A DNA stretch of 64,000 bases from Alphaproteobacteria bacterium (GTDB taxonomy: Bacteria; Pseudomonadota; Alphaproteobacteria; GCA-2731375): positions 256,001 to 320,000 of the forward strand of contig CBDDBZ010000034.1 of NCBI GenBank assembly GCA_965225945.1. Reading direction: 5' to 3'. The notes below the pieces were generated by a model. That model worked only from the letters and a program-made list of their open reading frames with translations, did no database searches and was not told the origin of the DNA. Position 1 is the stretch's first letter, and every line of letters starts with the position of its first letter. Below are positions 30,896 through 41,825 of the stretch, one piece after another. A program made the position numbers and the translations under genes.

Positions 30896-33174
30896 GTGCC
30901 GCGTCCCGCGCTCGAGGTCCAGGACATCTTCCGCGACCACGGGCCCGGCTTCCGTCGGGCCCGGGCCGGTCGTCTGAGCCTCGGCCAACTGAAGGTCATG
31001 TCGGCGATCGAGTGTTGCCGCACCGCCGCGCTCGGCGGTCATGTCGCGGCCTGCGAGGACTGCGGGCAGAACCACATCGCCTACAATTCCTGTCGCAACC
31101 GCCATTGTCCCAAATGCCAAGGCCAGGTCGCGCGCGAATGGCTGGCGGCGCGAGAGGCCGAACTGCTCTCCGTCCCCTACTACCATCTCGTCTTCACCCT
31201 GCCAGCGGCGATCGCCGACATCGCCTATCAGAACAAGTCGGTGATCTACGATATCCTGTTCAAGGCGAGCGCCGAGACCATGCTCACCATCGCCGCCGAT
31301 CCCAAGCATCTCGGCGCCAAGATCGGCATCACCGCCGTGCTCCACACCTGGGGCTCGGCCATGACCCACCATCCCCACATCCACATGATCGTGCCGGGTG
31401 GCGGAATCTCACCTGACGGTAGCAGTTGGATCTCTTGCCGGCCCGGCTTCTTCCTGCCCGTCCGCGTGCTCTCGCGCCTCTTCCGCCGCCTCTTCATCGA
31501 GAAGCTCCTCGCCGCCCACGAGGCAGGGCGCCTGAAGTTCTTCACCGACCACACCAGCCTCGCCGAGCCGGCGGCCTTCCGTGTCTTCCTCGCACCGATG
31601 CGCAAACAAGAAGGCTCAATTCGTGAATTGTATGCATTAGTGATAGAGTGCCTGGAACGTCAGGAGGTTGGGTTATGGACGGCAAGGGTCACGCAACCAG
31701 GTGTCAGCTTTCGGCAGGCGCGCGGGCTGACGCGCGCGCAGCGGCGCGAGGCGCTCGCGGTGCTGTCGGGCCGGAGCGAGGGCAGAGGCATCGAAGTTCC
31801 GCGATCGAGCGTTGGTGTGGACGAGGCCCGGCGCGGTGTCCGCGCTGCCGCGAGCGAAGGGGCGGAAAACTTCGCGCGGTATGGCGCGGGGTCTGCGGCG
31901 CTACCAGTGCAAGTCTCGCTGCCGCAGGACCTTCAACCGCGCTGAGCGGTACGCCGCTGTCGGGCTTGCACCACAAGGAACGCTGGCTGTCGTTCGGGGC
32001 GTCGCTGGCGAAGGGGGAGACGGTGAAGGCCTCGGCGGCGCGCTGCGACGTGGCGGTGAGCACGGCAGTTCCGCTGGCGTCACCGGTTTCTGGCGGCGGC
32101 GCGGAGCGATTCGGAGGTGCTCAAGGGGATCGCTGGAAGCGGACGAGACCTACGTCGCTCACCGGGCGAGCCGGAAGGGACGCGCGCGGGCTGGGGCGCG
32201 CCGGCACGGCGGCAAGCGCGGCAAGGCGAAGAAGCGCGGCCCGTTCGCGCGAGCAGGTACCGGTTCTCATGGCGGCGGACCGGAGCGGAACGCCCGTCAG
32301 CGCGGTGCTGCCCAGGGTCGATGCGGCGGCGCTCACGGCTGCCCTCGACCCGGTGGCCGCGAAGGACGCCCTGCTGGTCTCCGACGGCGGCGCGAACTAC
32401 CCACCGTGCGCCGCCGCGCAAGGGTGAGCCACGAAGCACCAACCGCTCGATGGGGGCGGGTTCGGTGGCGGCCTGCATGTGCAGGGTGAACAGCCACCAC
32501 AGCCGGTCTGAAGGACTTCCTGCGTCCCCGCCGCGCATCGCCAAACCCGCTATCTGGACAACTACCTGAGCTGCGTTCCAATAACCGGCCTCGCCCCCGG
32601 CGCCAATGATCGAGGCCTGCCTCGCCGCCGCCGTAACAAGGTGACGCATACAATTCACGAATTGAGCCAACAAGAATGGGTCGTCTACGCCAAGCCGCCC
32701 TTCGGCGGACCAGAGGCCGTGCTCGCCTATCTCTCCCGCTACACCCACCGTGTCGCCATCTCGAACAGCCGCCTGGTCAGCTGCGACAGCCAAGGCGTCA
32801 TCTTCAAGTACAAGGACTACCGGCGCAAAGGACGCGAGCGCTACAAGACCTTGCCCCTGGCCGTGCCCGAGTTCATCCGCCGCTTCCTCCTCCATGTCCT
32901 GCCCTCGGGCTTTCACCGCATCCGCCATTACGGCCTCTTCGCCAACGGCGGTCGCACCCGCAACATCTCCCTTGCCCGCGAACTGCTTGCCATGCCGGCA
33001 CCGGAGAGTGAGGCCGACGATGCCGCGAGTGACGATGATACCGAACCGCCGTCCCTCTCAGAGCCCTGCCCGCAGTGCGGCGGCCGTATGATCGTCATCG
33101 AGCGCTTCGAGGCCGGCGCCCAACCACGCGCCCCGCCCCGTGCACGGCCCCTGGCCAGGGCCACGGCAGCATGA
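30896..33174 (+). pseudogene. IS91-family transposase interrupted by IS1595
   Basis: SCRNRHCPKC, HPHIH (HUH), YLSRY, HRIRHYG; MRKQE|WVVYAK is contiguous in copy 2. Confidence 0.93.
31613..32668 (+). mobile_element. IS1595-family element with multiply frameshifted transposase
   Basis: Perfect 23-bp TIR GGCTCAATTCGTGAATTGTATGC; 8-bp TSD AACAAGAA at 31605-31612 and 32669-32676; fragments CPRC, RYQCK..CRRTFN, EADETY, LVSDG. Confidence 0.93.
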
Positions 33175-33528
33175 CCGACACCGCTTCGAATAACGCTATT
33201 GCCGCCGCTCACCCGCGGCCACGATCCCGCTCGCCGCAACACCATCGAGCGCGCAGGGAACCACCTGCGAGACCCGCCGGCATCGACCCGAAGTCGCCAT
33301 CAAACCACCCTGCCGGTGTCGTCGCCAATCAGATCCGAGCCATCCAGCAGCGCCGGCCACCCGAGAAAGCTGGCCCGCCGCTCGCAAATCCCCATAGACC
33401 GAGCGTGCCGCACCGCCGAGCCTAGTCCTGCCCGCGGTTTCCTCCCTTGAGCGTTGTCCGACACCTGCCGATCCAGTCCGCCGGATGCAACCCCTGCGCC
33501 TCGGCAGGTGTCCGACAACGCTTAACAG

Positions 33529-35054
33529 GGGCTGCCGCTTGAATGGTCTCATGGATCGTCCGGACCTGGGGGTACACCGGACGTGATCCGAGCGAAAGAT
33601 GGTATATCGCGGCGGCTGTGGCTGATGATATCAGGATGATGGCAGCCCCTTCACGCATGATCGTTCAATCGGGGTCGCCCTGACCTCGAACATCGAGGAA
33701 GGAGCGATGACGATGGCACATTTCGTAGGTCTGGATGTTTCGGTGAAGGAGACGGCGGTATGCGTCGTCGACGAGGTTGGCGAGGTGGTGTTGGAGCGGA
33801 AAGTACCGACCGAGCCGGACGACATCGTCACGCTGCTGACCTCGATCGGCGTGGCCTATGGCCGGATCGGGATCGAAGCCGGTCCGCTCTCGCAATGGCT
33901 GGTCAACGGTCTTGCCGCCGCCGGGCTGCCGGTTGTCTGCGTCGAGACTCGGCACATGAAAGCACTGCTCAAGGGGCAGCAGATCAACAAGAGCGACCGC
34001 AACGATGCGCGCGGCATCGCCCAGATGATGCGGGTCGGGCTGTTCAAGCCGGTGCATGTGAAGACCCTGGTTGCCCAGGAGCAGCGGATGCTGCTGACCA
34101 GCCGCAAGCTGCTCCAGAGAAAACTGCTCGACGTCGAGAACGATCTACGCGGGACGCTGCGCAACTTCGGTCTCAAGGTGGGCATGGTCAGCACCCGCGG
34201 GTACGAGGCGCGGATCCGCGAGCTGGTCGAAGACTTTCCGAAGCTGGCCGCTATTGTGGAACCGCTGCTCACCGTCCGGCGAGTGATGCGCCAGCAATTC
34301 GCGGTCCTCCACAAAATGGTGCTCGACACGGTCCGCCATGACCCGGTCTGCCGACGGCTCATGACGGCACCCGGCGTCGGCGTGGTCGTCGCGCTGACCT
34401 ACCGGGCTACCATTGATCAGCCGCAGCGCTTCGTTCACTCCAGGGCGGTCGGCGCGCATGTCGGCCTGACGCCGAAGCGCTTCCAGTCCGGCGAGATCGA
34501 CTATGATGGTCGCGTGTCCAAGTGCGGCGACAGCATGCTCCGCACGATGCTGTACGAGGCCGCGCAGTCCCTCCTCGCCCACGGCCGGAAATGGTCCTGG
34601 CTGAAGGCGTGGGGCATGCGAGTGGCCCAGCGACGTGGCATGCGCCGTGCCATCGTCGCCGTCGCGAGGCGCCTGGCCGTAGTTCTGCACCGCATGTGGG
34701 TCGACGGCACCGAGTTCCGCTGGAGCAACGGCCCTGCTGACGCCGTCAAGGCGGATTGAACCTTCGACTGTACTGACAAGGAGATCAACGAGTTCTGCTT
34801 AGGCAGAGAGATGTCCTCACGGGAACGACGGGTGGGGTGAGTTCGTAATGTCGGTAGACCCTGCCGCTGACCGGCGGCAAGGACGCGCGAAAGATTGAAC
34901 CGCCTCATCCTCTTATCCCATCATGAGGTGGTCACGCGCCAACCTCGAAGAGAAGCAAGAGCCCCGTGCGGCAACATCCGCCAGTGCGGAACGACGTGAA
35001 GAAGGAATATGGCATGACGTAACCAGAAAGGGCTTGACCGAGGACGCGATAGAG
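33529..35054 (+). mobile_element. IS110-family element (ends approximate)
   Basis: Intact transposase with ~180-bp left and ~295-bp right noncoding ends; no TIR/TSD, as expected for the family. Confidence 0.75.
33707..34759 (+). CDS. IS110-family recombinase/transposase
   Basis: VGLDVS, IEAG, KSDRNDA (DEDD), PGVG, FQSG, SKCGD. Confidence 0.95.
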   Translation: MTMAHFVGLDVSVKETAVCVVDEVGEVVLERKVPTEPDDIVTLLTSIGVAYGRIGIEAGPLSQWLVNGLAAAGLPVVCVETRHMKALLKGQQINKSDRNDARGIAQMMRVGLFKPVHVKTLVAQEQRMLLTSRKLLQRKLLDVENDLRGTLRNFGLKVGMVSTRGYEARIRELVEDFPKLAAIVEPLLTVRRVMRQQFAVLHKMVLDTVRHDPVCRRLMTAPGVGVVVALTYRATIDQPQRFVHSRAVGAHVGLTPKRFQSGEIDYDGRVSKCGDSMLRTMLYEAAQSLLAHGRKWSWLKAWGMRVAQRRGMRRAIVAVARRLAVVLHRMWVDGTEFRWSNGPADAVKAD

Positions 35055-35100
35055 AAGCCGACATTCGGCCGCCAACGTCGGCTTTCGGGGGGAGACTCCC
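35055..35100. repeat. Palindromic site (AAGCCGAC-type)
   Basis: AAGCCGACATT-CGGCCGCC-AACGTCGGCTT hairpin followed by TCGGGGGG. Confidence 0.65.
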
Positions 35101-35191
35101 CGTCGGGCCGAGGTGGCAGATTCGGTGATTCTTAGCCACTAACGTGACATTCCCCTTAGCTAATGTATGCGCAGTTACCCCTTTATCTGCG

Positions 35192-35401
35192 TCAATCAAT
35201 GCGCCGTATTGTTGCGCCCGGATGTGCAAGCTCGTGAAGAAGATCGTCCAAGTACGTCGGGATTTCCTCTGCCGACATCGAAGAGGGTATGACGATGCCG
35301 AACTCCGGGCGTCGCTTGCCGTTATCCGATCGATAAACGACCCAAGACCCAGCTTTGCGAATTACCTCTATTCGGTATCTGCCGTAAATATCAAATTTCA
35401 T
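35192..35401 (-). CDS. Small hypothetical protein (stand-alone, cassette-like)
   Basis: MKFDIYGRYRIEVIR..WVVYR..GKRRP..IP..YLDDLLHE; more AT-rich than neighbours. Confidence 0.75.
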   Translation of the reverse strand: MKFDIYGRYRIEVIRKAGSWVVYRSDNGKRRPEFGIVIPSSMSAEEIPTYLDDLLHELAHPGATIRRID

Positions 35402-35682
35402 GTCATTCAGGCCCATCCCGCCAGTCCGACGATGCCCGCAGGCCCCAGCAACGTATCATCACTTCGACCGTCAATCGGCGTCCCCCGAGCCCGTCGCCTG
35501 CCTTGGTTCACCCCAGCCAAACTCCGTAAGCTTGCGAGTGTCTAAAGTGGCTCAATATTCTCCGGTTGGCGCCCGCTAATGTTACGGAGAGTCTTGGGGG
35601 TGAACCGGAAGTGGATCGGTGAAACCGGACATATGGCCCATTTGCCGCCCTATGGCGCCGAGGCCACTCGCGCGGCGCGGCG

Positions 35683-36324
35683 TCAGGCGGGCGAGCGGCG
35701 GCGGGCGTGGACGAGAATGAGCGGGTCGGTGACGCCGAGTGTGCCCTCGACCAGGGTGTCGGTGCCGATGGCCTCGAAAGCCTCGGCGCGATCGAGGTAG
35801 CGCGCGACCAGCCGGCCGCGATCCAGCTCGCCCAGCGCCTGCCAGATCCGCACCGCCTTGGTCGGAAACATCCGGTTGGATATCGAGATCAGGAACGGCG
35901 CCCCCGGGCCGAGGACCCGGGCGACGTCGGCGAACACCTCCACCGGGCGGGTCAGATACTGCGCCGAGACGCTCAGCAGGCAGGCGGCGAAGCGGGCATC
36001 GGCGAAGGGCAGGCGGGGCGTCGTGTTGAGGTTGTGCACGACGTGCTCGCTCAATTGCTCGTTGGCCGCCATTTCCTCGCCGTTGAGGCCGAGACCGACC
36101 ACGGCGCGCGGCGGCGCATCGGTGGGCAGATGCGAATAGCGGCTCGACATCAAATCGAGGATCTCGCCTTCCTCGGGCAGCGTTCGGGCAAAACAGCCGG
36201 CGAGCGCCGCCCGGGCGCCCTCGTCGATGTGGGCCACGTGGCGGGCCATTGTGTAGAAGTCCTCGTCCGCGCTCTCGTCCTGGCGCTGGAAATGCTCGGG
36301 CGGGAGGGGAGGGGTCTCGGGCAT
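35683..36324 (-). CDS. Methyltransferase type 11 family protein
   Basis: DE..DEDFY, LDLMSS..SHLP, GLN..EM..N..L, SNRMFPTKAV. Confidence 0.88.
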   Translation of the reverse strand: MPETPPLPPEHFQRQDESADEDFYTMARHVAHIDEGARAALAGCFARTLPEEGEILDLMSSRYSHLPTDAPPRAVVGLGLNGEEMAANEQLSEHVVHNLNTTPRLPFADARFAACLLSVSAQYLTRPVEVFADVARVLGPGAPFLISISNRMFPTKAVRIWQALGELDRGRLVARYLDRAEAFEAIGTDTLVEGTLGVTDPLILVHARRRSPA

Positions 36325-36334
36325 CGGCGGCAGG

Positions 36335-37534
36335 CTATTCCCGCTTCAGCGGAGGGACGATGTGGTCCTCGTCGAGGTCGAGCTCGTAGAGCGCCACGTT
36401 GTGGAGGCTGAAATCCGCCGGCGGCGCCATGATCGGGCCAATCGCCCCGTCGCGGAACAGCAGCTCCAGGCGGCTGCCCTTGAAGATCGCGTGTGCGCCG
36501 CCCAGCGTCAGCGCCGAGCGCGTGATCCGGCTCACCGCCTCGCCGACGAGGTATTTGGCCCGGAACAACGCCGCCGTCACCGCCGCCGTCGGGCCCTCTC
36601 GGTCGCGCATCGAGGCGGCGTGGTAGGTCGCCAGGCGGGCCGCCTCCAGCTCGGCGCTCATCTCCGCCACCCGGCGCCGGACGTCGGGATGATAGGCCAG
36701 CGACTGCGCATAGCCCGGCGGGCGGCGGTCCTTCACCACCCGGCGGACCTCGTCGTAGGCGGCCTGGGCCACCCCCAGATAGACCGCGGTGTAGGAGCCC
36801 CAGAGCCAGTTGGCGTGCTTCTGGCGGAACGGCCGGATGTCCTCGCCGCGCCACAGCGTCCGACTCTCCGCTACCCGGCAGTTCTCCAAAATCAGGGAAT
36901 CGCTCCGCGTCGCGCGCATGCCGAGGGTGTCCCAGTTGGCGTCCACGCTACGGCCCTCGAGGGTGCGCGGGATCAACAGCAGCAGGCCGGCCCAGCGTTC
37001 CTTTGCGTCCTCGGGATAGGTCATCACCGCGCAATGGTCGGCCGCCTCCAGCATGGAAGCGAACATCTTTCGGCCCGTGACCTCCCAGCCGCCCTCGATG
37101 CGCCGGGCCCGCGTCGCGATATGGCGCTCGCCGATCAGCGAGGTGCTGCTGGCCTCGGAAAAGTTGCCGGCGATGAGCGCCTTCTCGTCCACCACCAGGC
37201 CGGCAATCAGCCGCTTGGCGTCCTCGCCCACTTCGTCGCTTTCCAGCAGCGGCCCGACCATCGAGGCGTGCATGTTGTAGGCGAGCGCGGTGGAGGGACA
37301 GCCCGCGCCCAAGGCCTCGAAGGCGAGCGTGTGGCCGAGAAAGTCGATGCCCCGCCCGCCCCACCTCTCGGGCACGTTCAGGGCGTGGAAACCTTCCTCG
37401 CGGAGGATGGCGTAGTTCTCAGCTGGGTGACTGGCGTCACGGTCGTGCTCGGCCGAGCGGGTGGCGAATTCCGCCGCCAGCTCCCGGCAGCGATCCTGGA
37501 GCGCGATTTGCGCCTCGCTGAATTGCCAACTCAC
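36335..37534 (-). CDS. Acyl-CoA dehydrogenase / flavin monooxygenase family
   Basis: VPERWGG, GRKMFAS, WDTLGMRATRSD, LELLFRD. Confidence 0.9.
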   Translation of the reverse strand: MSWQFSEAQIALQDRCRELAAEFATRSAEHDRDASHPAENYAILREEGFHALNVPERWGGRGIDFLGHTLAFEALGAGCPSTALAYNMHASMVGPLLESDEVGEDAKRLIAGLVVDEKALIAGNFSEASSTSLIGERHIATRARRIEGGWEVTGRKMFASMLEAADHCAVMTYPEDAKERWAGLLLLIPRTLEGRSVDANWDTLGMRATRSDSLILENCRVAESRTLWRGEDIRPFRQKHANWLWGSYTAVYLGVAQAAYDEVRRVVKDRRPPGYAQSLAYHPDVRRRVAEMSAELEAARLATYHAASMRDREGPTAAVTAALFRAKYLVGEAVSRITRSALTLGGAHAIFKGSRLELLFRDGAIGPIMAPPADFSLHNVALYELDLDEDHIVPPLKRE

Positions 37535-37743
37535 GGTACTTTTCCCTCCCCGCGATCTCGCCCGCCCCCCCCCCGAGACGGGCGAGCATCACGGCACGTC
37601 GAGGATTACATAATGCTGTCGAGCCTCGCCCGACGCCAGGGCGATGCGCGGGCCGAGGGTGGATTTGGCCGACCAAACCGGGAAAAGGGTTATCGAGGCG
37701 AAGGCCAGAGGGACGTTTTCACGCTCGACGAGGTCGCCCACGC

Positions 37744-39240
37744 TCACCCTGGGTGCGCCGGGCCGAGCGGGTAGAGGCGCACGCCGGAGCGCAGCTTTCG
37801 ATAGGGATGGGCCGCCGGGTTGGCGACATAGCCGCCGGGCGCGATCGCCACCAGCACCGCCGCCGCGATCGGCTCGAAGTCGGCCCGAAAGTGGCAAGTG
37901 CTCTTCAGCACGACGATCGAAGCGCGCTCCGGCTCGATACCCAGATAGCGGAACATGGCGCGATCGTGAACCTGGGCCCGTCGGCTGCTGACCGCCACCT
38001 CGACGCCACCGATCGAGAGCACCGCCGAGGGTCCGACGTCATAGTGGCGACCCTGGGCCACCGGTCCCGGCGCGATAAAGCGCCCGTCGGCCAGAGCCTC
38101 GACCCGGAAGCGGCCCTCGAAGGGTGCGACGCCGGCGATCTCGGCGCGGCCCCCCAGCGCCAGGTCGAGCTCGGCCCCGGCGCCGGCCTGGTGCGCGGCC
38201 CGGGCGGCAGCCGCATCGCAAACCAGGCCGAAAATCGAGTCCTCGGCCCCGCCTCGAAGCAGCGCCGCGAGCATCTCCACGCTATCGCCGCTGCCACCAC
38301 AGCCGGGGTTGTCCTGCGTGTCGGCAACGACGACCGGGCGCGTCGCGCCGACGGCGAGACGCATCGCCTCCGCCACCGCCTCGTCCGGCGATAGCAACGG
38401 CTCGGCGAATTCGGCCTCCTTCAGGCCAACCAGCTGGGCGAGTTCGTCCGCCGCCGCGTCGGCCGCCGCTTGGCCGTGGGCATGGGCGACGGTGGCGGGG
38501 CCGCACTCCGCCAGGTCGGAGGGCGGAAAGCCGGCCAGGTAGGCGAGCGAGACGACCTCGCCGGTGGCGCCTGCGGCCGCCGCCTCGACGATTCCCCTGG
38601 AGGGCTCGACCAGCGTGCACTGGAAATTGAGCGGCAGCAGAAAGGGCAGCTTGCGCAAGGCCCGCCCGTCGGTGCGGCCTTCGAGCACGAGCCGCGCCAT
38701 GGCCGCCGCCGCCCGCTCGCCGGCGGCGCGCTGATCGACATGGGGATAGGTCCGGTAGGGCAGGATGGCATCGGCCATGGCGACCATCCGCCGGGTGACG
38801 TTTGCGTGGTAGTCGAGAGAGATGACGATCGGCGTCGCCTCACCGACGATGGCCCGGACCCGGGCCAGCAGCTCGCCCTCGCCGTCCTGGTGATTCGAAG
38901 CCACCATGGCGCCGTGCAGATCGAGATAGACGCCGTTCACCGGCAGCTGCTCGGCCAGGCGCGCCGAGAGCTCGGCCGCGATCCGCTCGTAGGCCTCGGC
39001 GGTAACGGTGCCGCCGGCCGTAGCGCCGGCCCACAGCAGCGGGCTCAGCTCGTGAGTGTCGTCGATGCCGGCGAGGAAGCCCGCGGTGGCGCCGCCGGAG
39101 GGGCCGAGCGTCTCGATGATCTCCTGGCCGCGCAGAATTCCCGGCCTATCGGCCGGCCTGGCGAACTGCTCGAAATCGGTTCGCTCGGGCACGAAGCAGT
39201 TGGTCTCGTGCATGAAGCCGCCAATCGCGATCCGTGCCAT
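37744..39240 (-). CDS. MlrC-like M81 metallopeptidase
   Basis: HETNCF, LDLHGAMV, DYHAN, YRTYPHVD, DNPGCGG, KSTCHFRADF. Confidence 0.93.
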   Translation of the reverse strand: MARIAIGGFMHETNCFVPERTDFEQFARPADRPGILRGQEIIETLGPSGGATAGFLAGIDDTHELSPLLWAGATAGGTVTAEAYERIAAELSARLAEQLPVNGVYLDLHGAMVASNHQDGEGELLARVRAIVGEATPIVISLDYHANVTRRMVAMADAILPYRTYPHVDQRAAGERAAAAMARLVLEGRTDGRALRKLPFLLPLNFQCTLVEPSRGIVEAAAAGATGEVVSLAYLAGFPPSDLAECGPATVAHAHGQAAADAAADELAQLVGLKEAEFAEPLLSPDEAVAEAMRLAVGATRPVVVADTQDNPGCGGSGDSVEMLAALLRGGAEDSIFGLVCDAAAARAAHQAGAGAELDLALGGRAEIAGVAPFEGRFRVEALADGRFIAPGPVAQGRHYDVGPSAVLSIGGVEVAVSSRRAQVHDRAMFRYLGIEPERASIVVLKSTCHFRADFEPIAAAVLVAIAPGGYVANPAAHPYRKLRSGVRLYPLGPAHPG

Positions 39241-39395
39241 CGCGGGCCTCCCTTCCTCGATCCTCTCGGCCAGCGCCCAGGGAAGCGCGCACAAACCAGG
39301 GGACGCCCGTCCCAGGCAGGGCACCCCCCAAGCCATCGCCTTCCCTGTCGAGGCGAAATCCCACCACCCTCGAGCACGATCCAGTGACGCCTCGA

Positions 39396-39465
39396 AAATG
39401 GTCCCCGTATTCCTTGTCAGGCGATGCGGCAACCCCGGCGCCACGACGCGTGCCGAGCGGGCCAT
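39396..39465 (-). pseudogene. Remnant of REP-associated tyrosine transposase (RAYT) 5' end
   Basis: MARSARVVAPGLPHRLT resembles the RAYT start MARxARxVxPGxPHHVTQRG; adjacent GGGGAC motif. Confidence 0.6.
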
Positions 39466-39546
39466 GTTTCCATCTTACGGGAAGGGATGAGAGCGTCAAG
39501 GAAACGCTATACTGTCTACTGTCTGCGAAATTTCAGCCCGGACGCG

Positions 39547-40765
39547 ATGATCATCCCCCTGCTTTATTACGCGCTGCTCTTGGTATGGCCGCTGTTTCTC
39601 TGGCCGGCGTTCCGCCTTTCCGGATGGCGGCGTGCCTGGTTGTTCGCCATCGCCGCCGCCGGCCTCGCCGCCCTGCTCTACGAACTCTGGATGACGTTCG
39701 TCGTCGGCGCGAATATCCGCCTCGATATCCTGCTCCTCGTGGTCGTCCTGCTGCTGCTCTATGGCGGCGCGGTGCTGGTTTTGCTCATGAGTGCGTATCG
39801 CCGGCTGGGCATCGTCGTTCTGGTGGTGTTGGCCTTGCTCGGCGGCGGCATGATCTATGTCTGGATCCAAATCACCCAGGATTCCGCCGATCTGATGGCG
39901 AACTTCGAGGAGCGAAACAAGCTGCTCTTCGAGGCCAAGTTCCGCAGCTTCGACGATTATGCCGACTATTTCCGCCTTTTCGATGCCCGCCCGACGCCCT
40001 TTCCGGCGGGCCACTATCAAGCCTCGGCGTCGGGGTATTTTACCCGCCTGATCGTCAATCCCGTGGGCGAGGCCTGGATTTTCTACAACTGCGGCCAGAC
40101 CGAGTGGCCACTACGGCCCGAACGGCGAACGCCTAAAGGCGGTACCAGAGGGTGGCGGCGAGGCCTGGGATGTCCGGCTTCGCCAGCGCACCGCGGCACC
40201 CGTCGACTTCCGCATCCGGCGGCAATCGCCGGAGCGGGTAGCGGTCACGATGAACCGAGGGGAGACGATTTTCACCAAATCGCAAGCGCCGATCGCGGCC
40301 TCGCCCGCGCCCGGGAAACTGGTCTATCACGGCGCCTTCGCAGGCCTCGAATGCAACAAGGCGGCGGCCGACGTGCGCCAGCTCTGGCTCTGGCGGGACG
40401 GCCCCCGGCTCTACGCGGTCGGTATCTTCACGATCCTGCTGGCGGGTAGCAAGGCGAACTTTTTAGACATCTCGCTGCTTGGCGAAGCGACCCGCCTCGA
40501 GGGTGCGGGCGAGGAACGCTGGTCCTTCGCCTGGCAACGCGACTCGCGTCCATGGACGGCGGAGATAACGCTCGAGGATGGCGAGCCGAGGCTTCACCTG
40601 ACCAGGCGGGGCGAGGCCTTGGCGCCACTGGCGTTGGTCCGCCGCGCGCTCATTCGCGACGACGCCATCGACCTCGCGCCCCTGAGTTCGCCGGAAGACT
40701 GGCGGCACTGGTTCCAGGTCGTCTTGGTCGGCCACTTCGCTTCGGGCGAAATCCCGGCCTGTTGA
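39547..40765 (+). pseudogene. Membrane protein, apparently frameshifted near 40100-40250
   Basis: Four TM helices (ANIRLDILL) then low-complexity tail; plausible C-terminus in another frame (40250-40765). Confidence 0.6.
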
Positions 40766-40818
40766 TCCCTCGATCGGGATCAGGATAGGGGGCACGCCAC
40801 GCCACGACCGTCGCCGAA

Positions 40819-41787
40819 TTATCGAGCGCTCGAGAGGGCGCGATAGCGCGGCGGGGACTGGTTTCGGCTGATCGAGGGCGTGACCTCGCGCCGCAGCTTG
40901 CGCAAGAAGGCGCGGGTGAAATCGTCGTAATCCTCCGCGATTTCCACGAACGCGCCCGGTCCCGATATGACGTTCACGCGGTAATAGATGTCGAGGCCAT
41001 AGGTATCCTCGAGGATCGGCAGGCCGTTGATCTCTATCCCGAGCGCGGCTGCCCGCCGCCGCGCCTGGAAAAGCAGCGGAGCGACATTCTCCCGGCCGTC
41101 GCCCGATATGTCGATCTTCAAGCGCCGGCCGTCGTAGGCGTTCTCGGCGATGAGGCGAACGCCGAAGTCGATCGCGCTTCCAATGCTGGTCATTTGGCGG
41201 GCCGGATCGCGCTCGACGTTCGCCACCTTGGCGGCGAACGACAAGATGCTGGGCGCATCGCTGAGCAGGTGCCAGGGAATCATGCGCTGGGTGTCGATCT
41301 TCTCGCTCCATTGGAAAAGGGTTACGGCCACGCCGTTCTGCTGGCCGATGAGATCGATAATCTCGGGCTCCCGAAAGGCCCCGGCTATTCCGGCCATTTG
41401 CAGCTGGAATTCACGATCGTCGACGCTCAGCGAGCTATCGACGGCGAGCACGAGTTCGATCGAAACGGGGACCACCGCCCGCGCCTCTCCCCCAGAAGCC
41501 GGCGCCACGGCCACCGCCGAGGCCGCCTGGAACCTTGCCACCGACCGCCTCGGGCCGATAAAGCGGACGTCGCCGGTCGGCTCGGGGGCGGGTCGGAAAA
41601 AGCCGGCCTCGAAGGTCGATTCCCCGCCGACGGCCGGCTCGCCCGAGAGGGCCGGGGGCACGGGGTCGAGCGTCCATGCCCAGACGGCCAGGGCGGCAAT
41701 GCCGGCCAGGGCGAAAACGGCCCGGCCGAGCCGGGACGGCCAGAGTGCCACCCTCCCTTCGCGGCGCTTGCGTGAAAGTTGCTTCAC
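40819..41787 (-). CDS. DUF1194 (vWA-like) protein
   Basis: ELVLAVDSSLSVD, IDISGDG, INGLPI, VISGPGAFV. Confidence 0.9.
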   Translation of the reverse strand: MKQLSRKRREGRVALWPSRLGRAVFALAGIAALAVWAWTLDPVPPALSGEPAVGGESTFEAGFFRPAPEPTGDVRFIGPRRSVARFQAASAVAVAPASGGEARAVVPVSIELVLAVDSSLSVDDREFQLQMAGIAGAFREPEIIDLIGQQNGVAVTLFQWSEKIDTQRMIPWHLLSDAPSILSFAAKVANVERDPARQMTSIGSAIDFGVRLIAENAYDGRRLKIDISGDGRENVAPLLFQARRRAAALGIEINGLPILEDTYGLDIYYRVNVISGPGAFVEIAEDYDDFTRAFLRKLRREVTPSISRNQSPPRYRALSSAR

Positions 41788-41825
41788 GGATGCCCCCTCG
41801 GGTTTTCCGGGGATCGGGGTTTTCC

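Larger units (their letters stand above)
29853..33527 (+). mobile_element. Tyrosine recombinase + IS91-type (Y2/HUH) element, copy 1
   Basis: Matches 55024-57094 (reverse); left hairpin ACCGCT-TTC-AGCGGT after GAAC; right-end 25-bp inverted repeat TTGAGCGTTGTCCGACACCTGCCGA / TCGGCAGGTGTCCGACAACGCTTAA; exact ends approximate. Confidence 0.88.
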
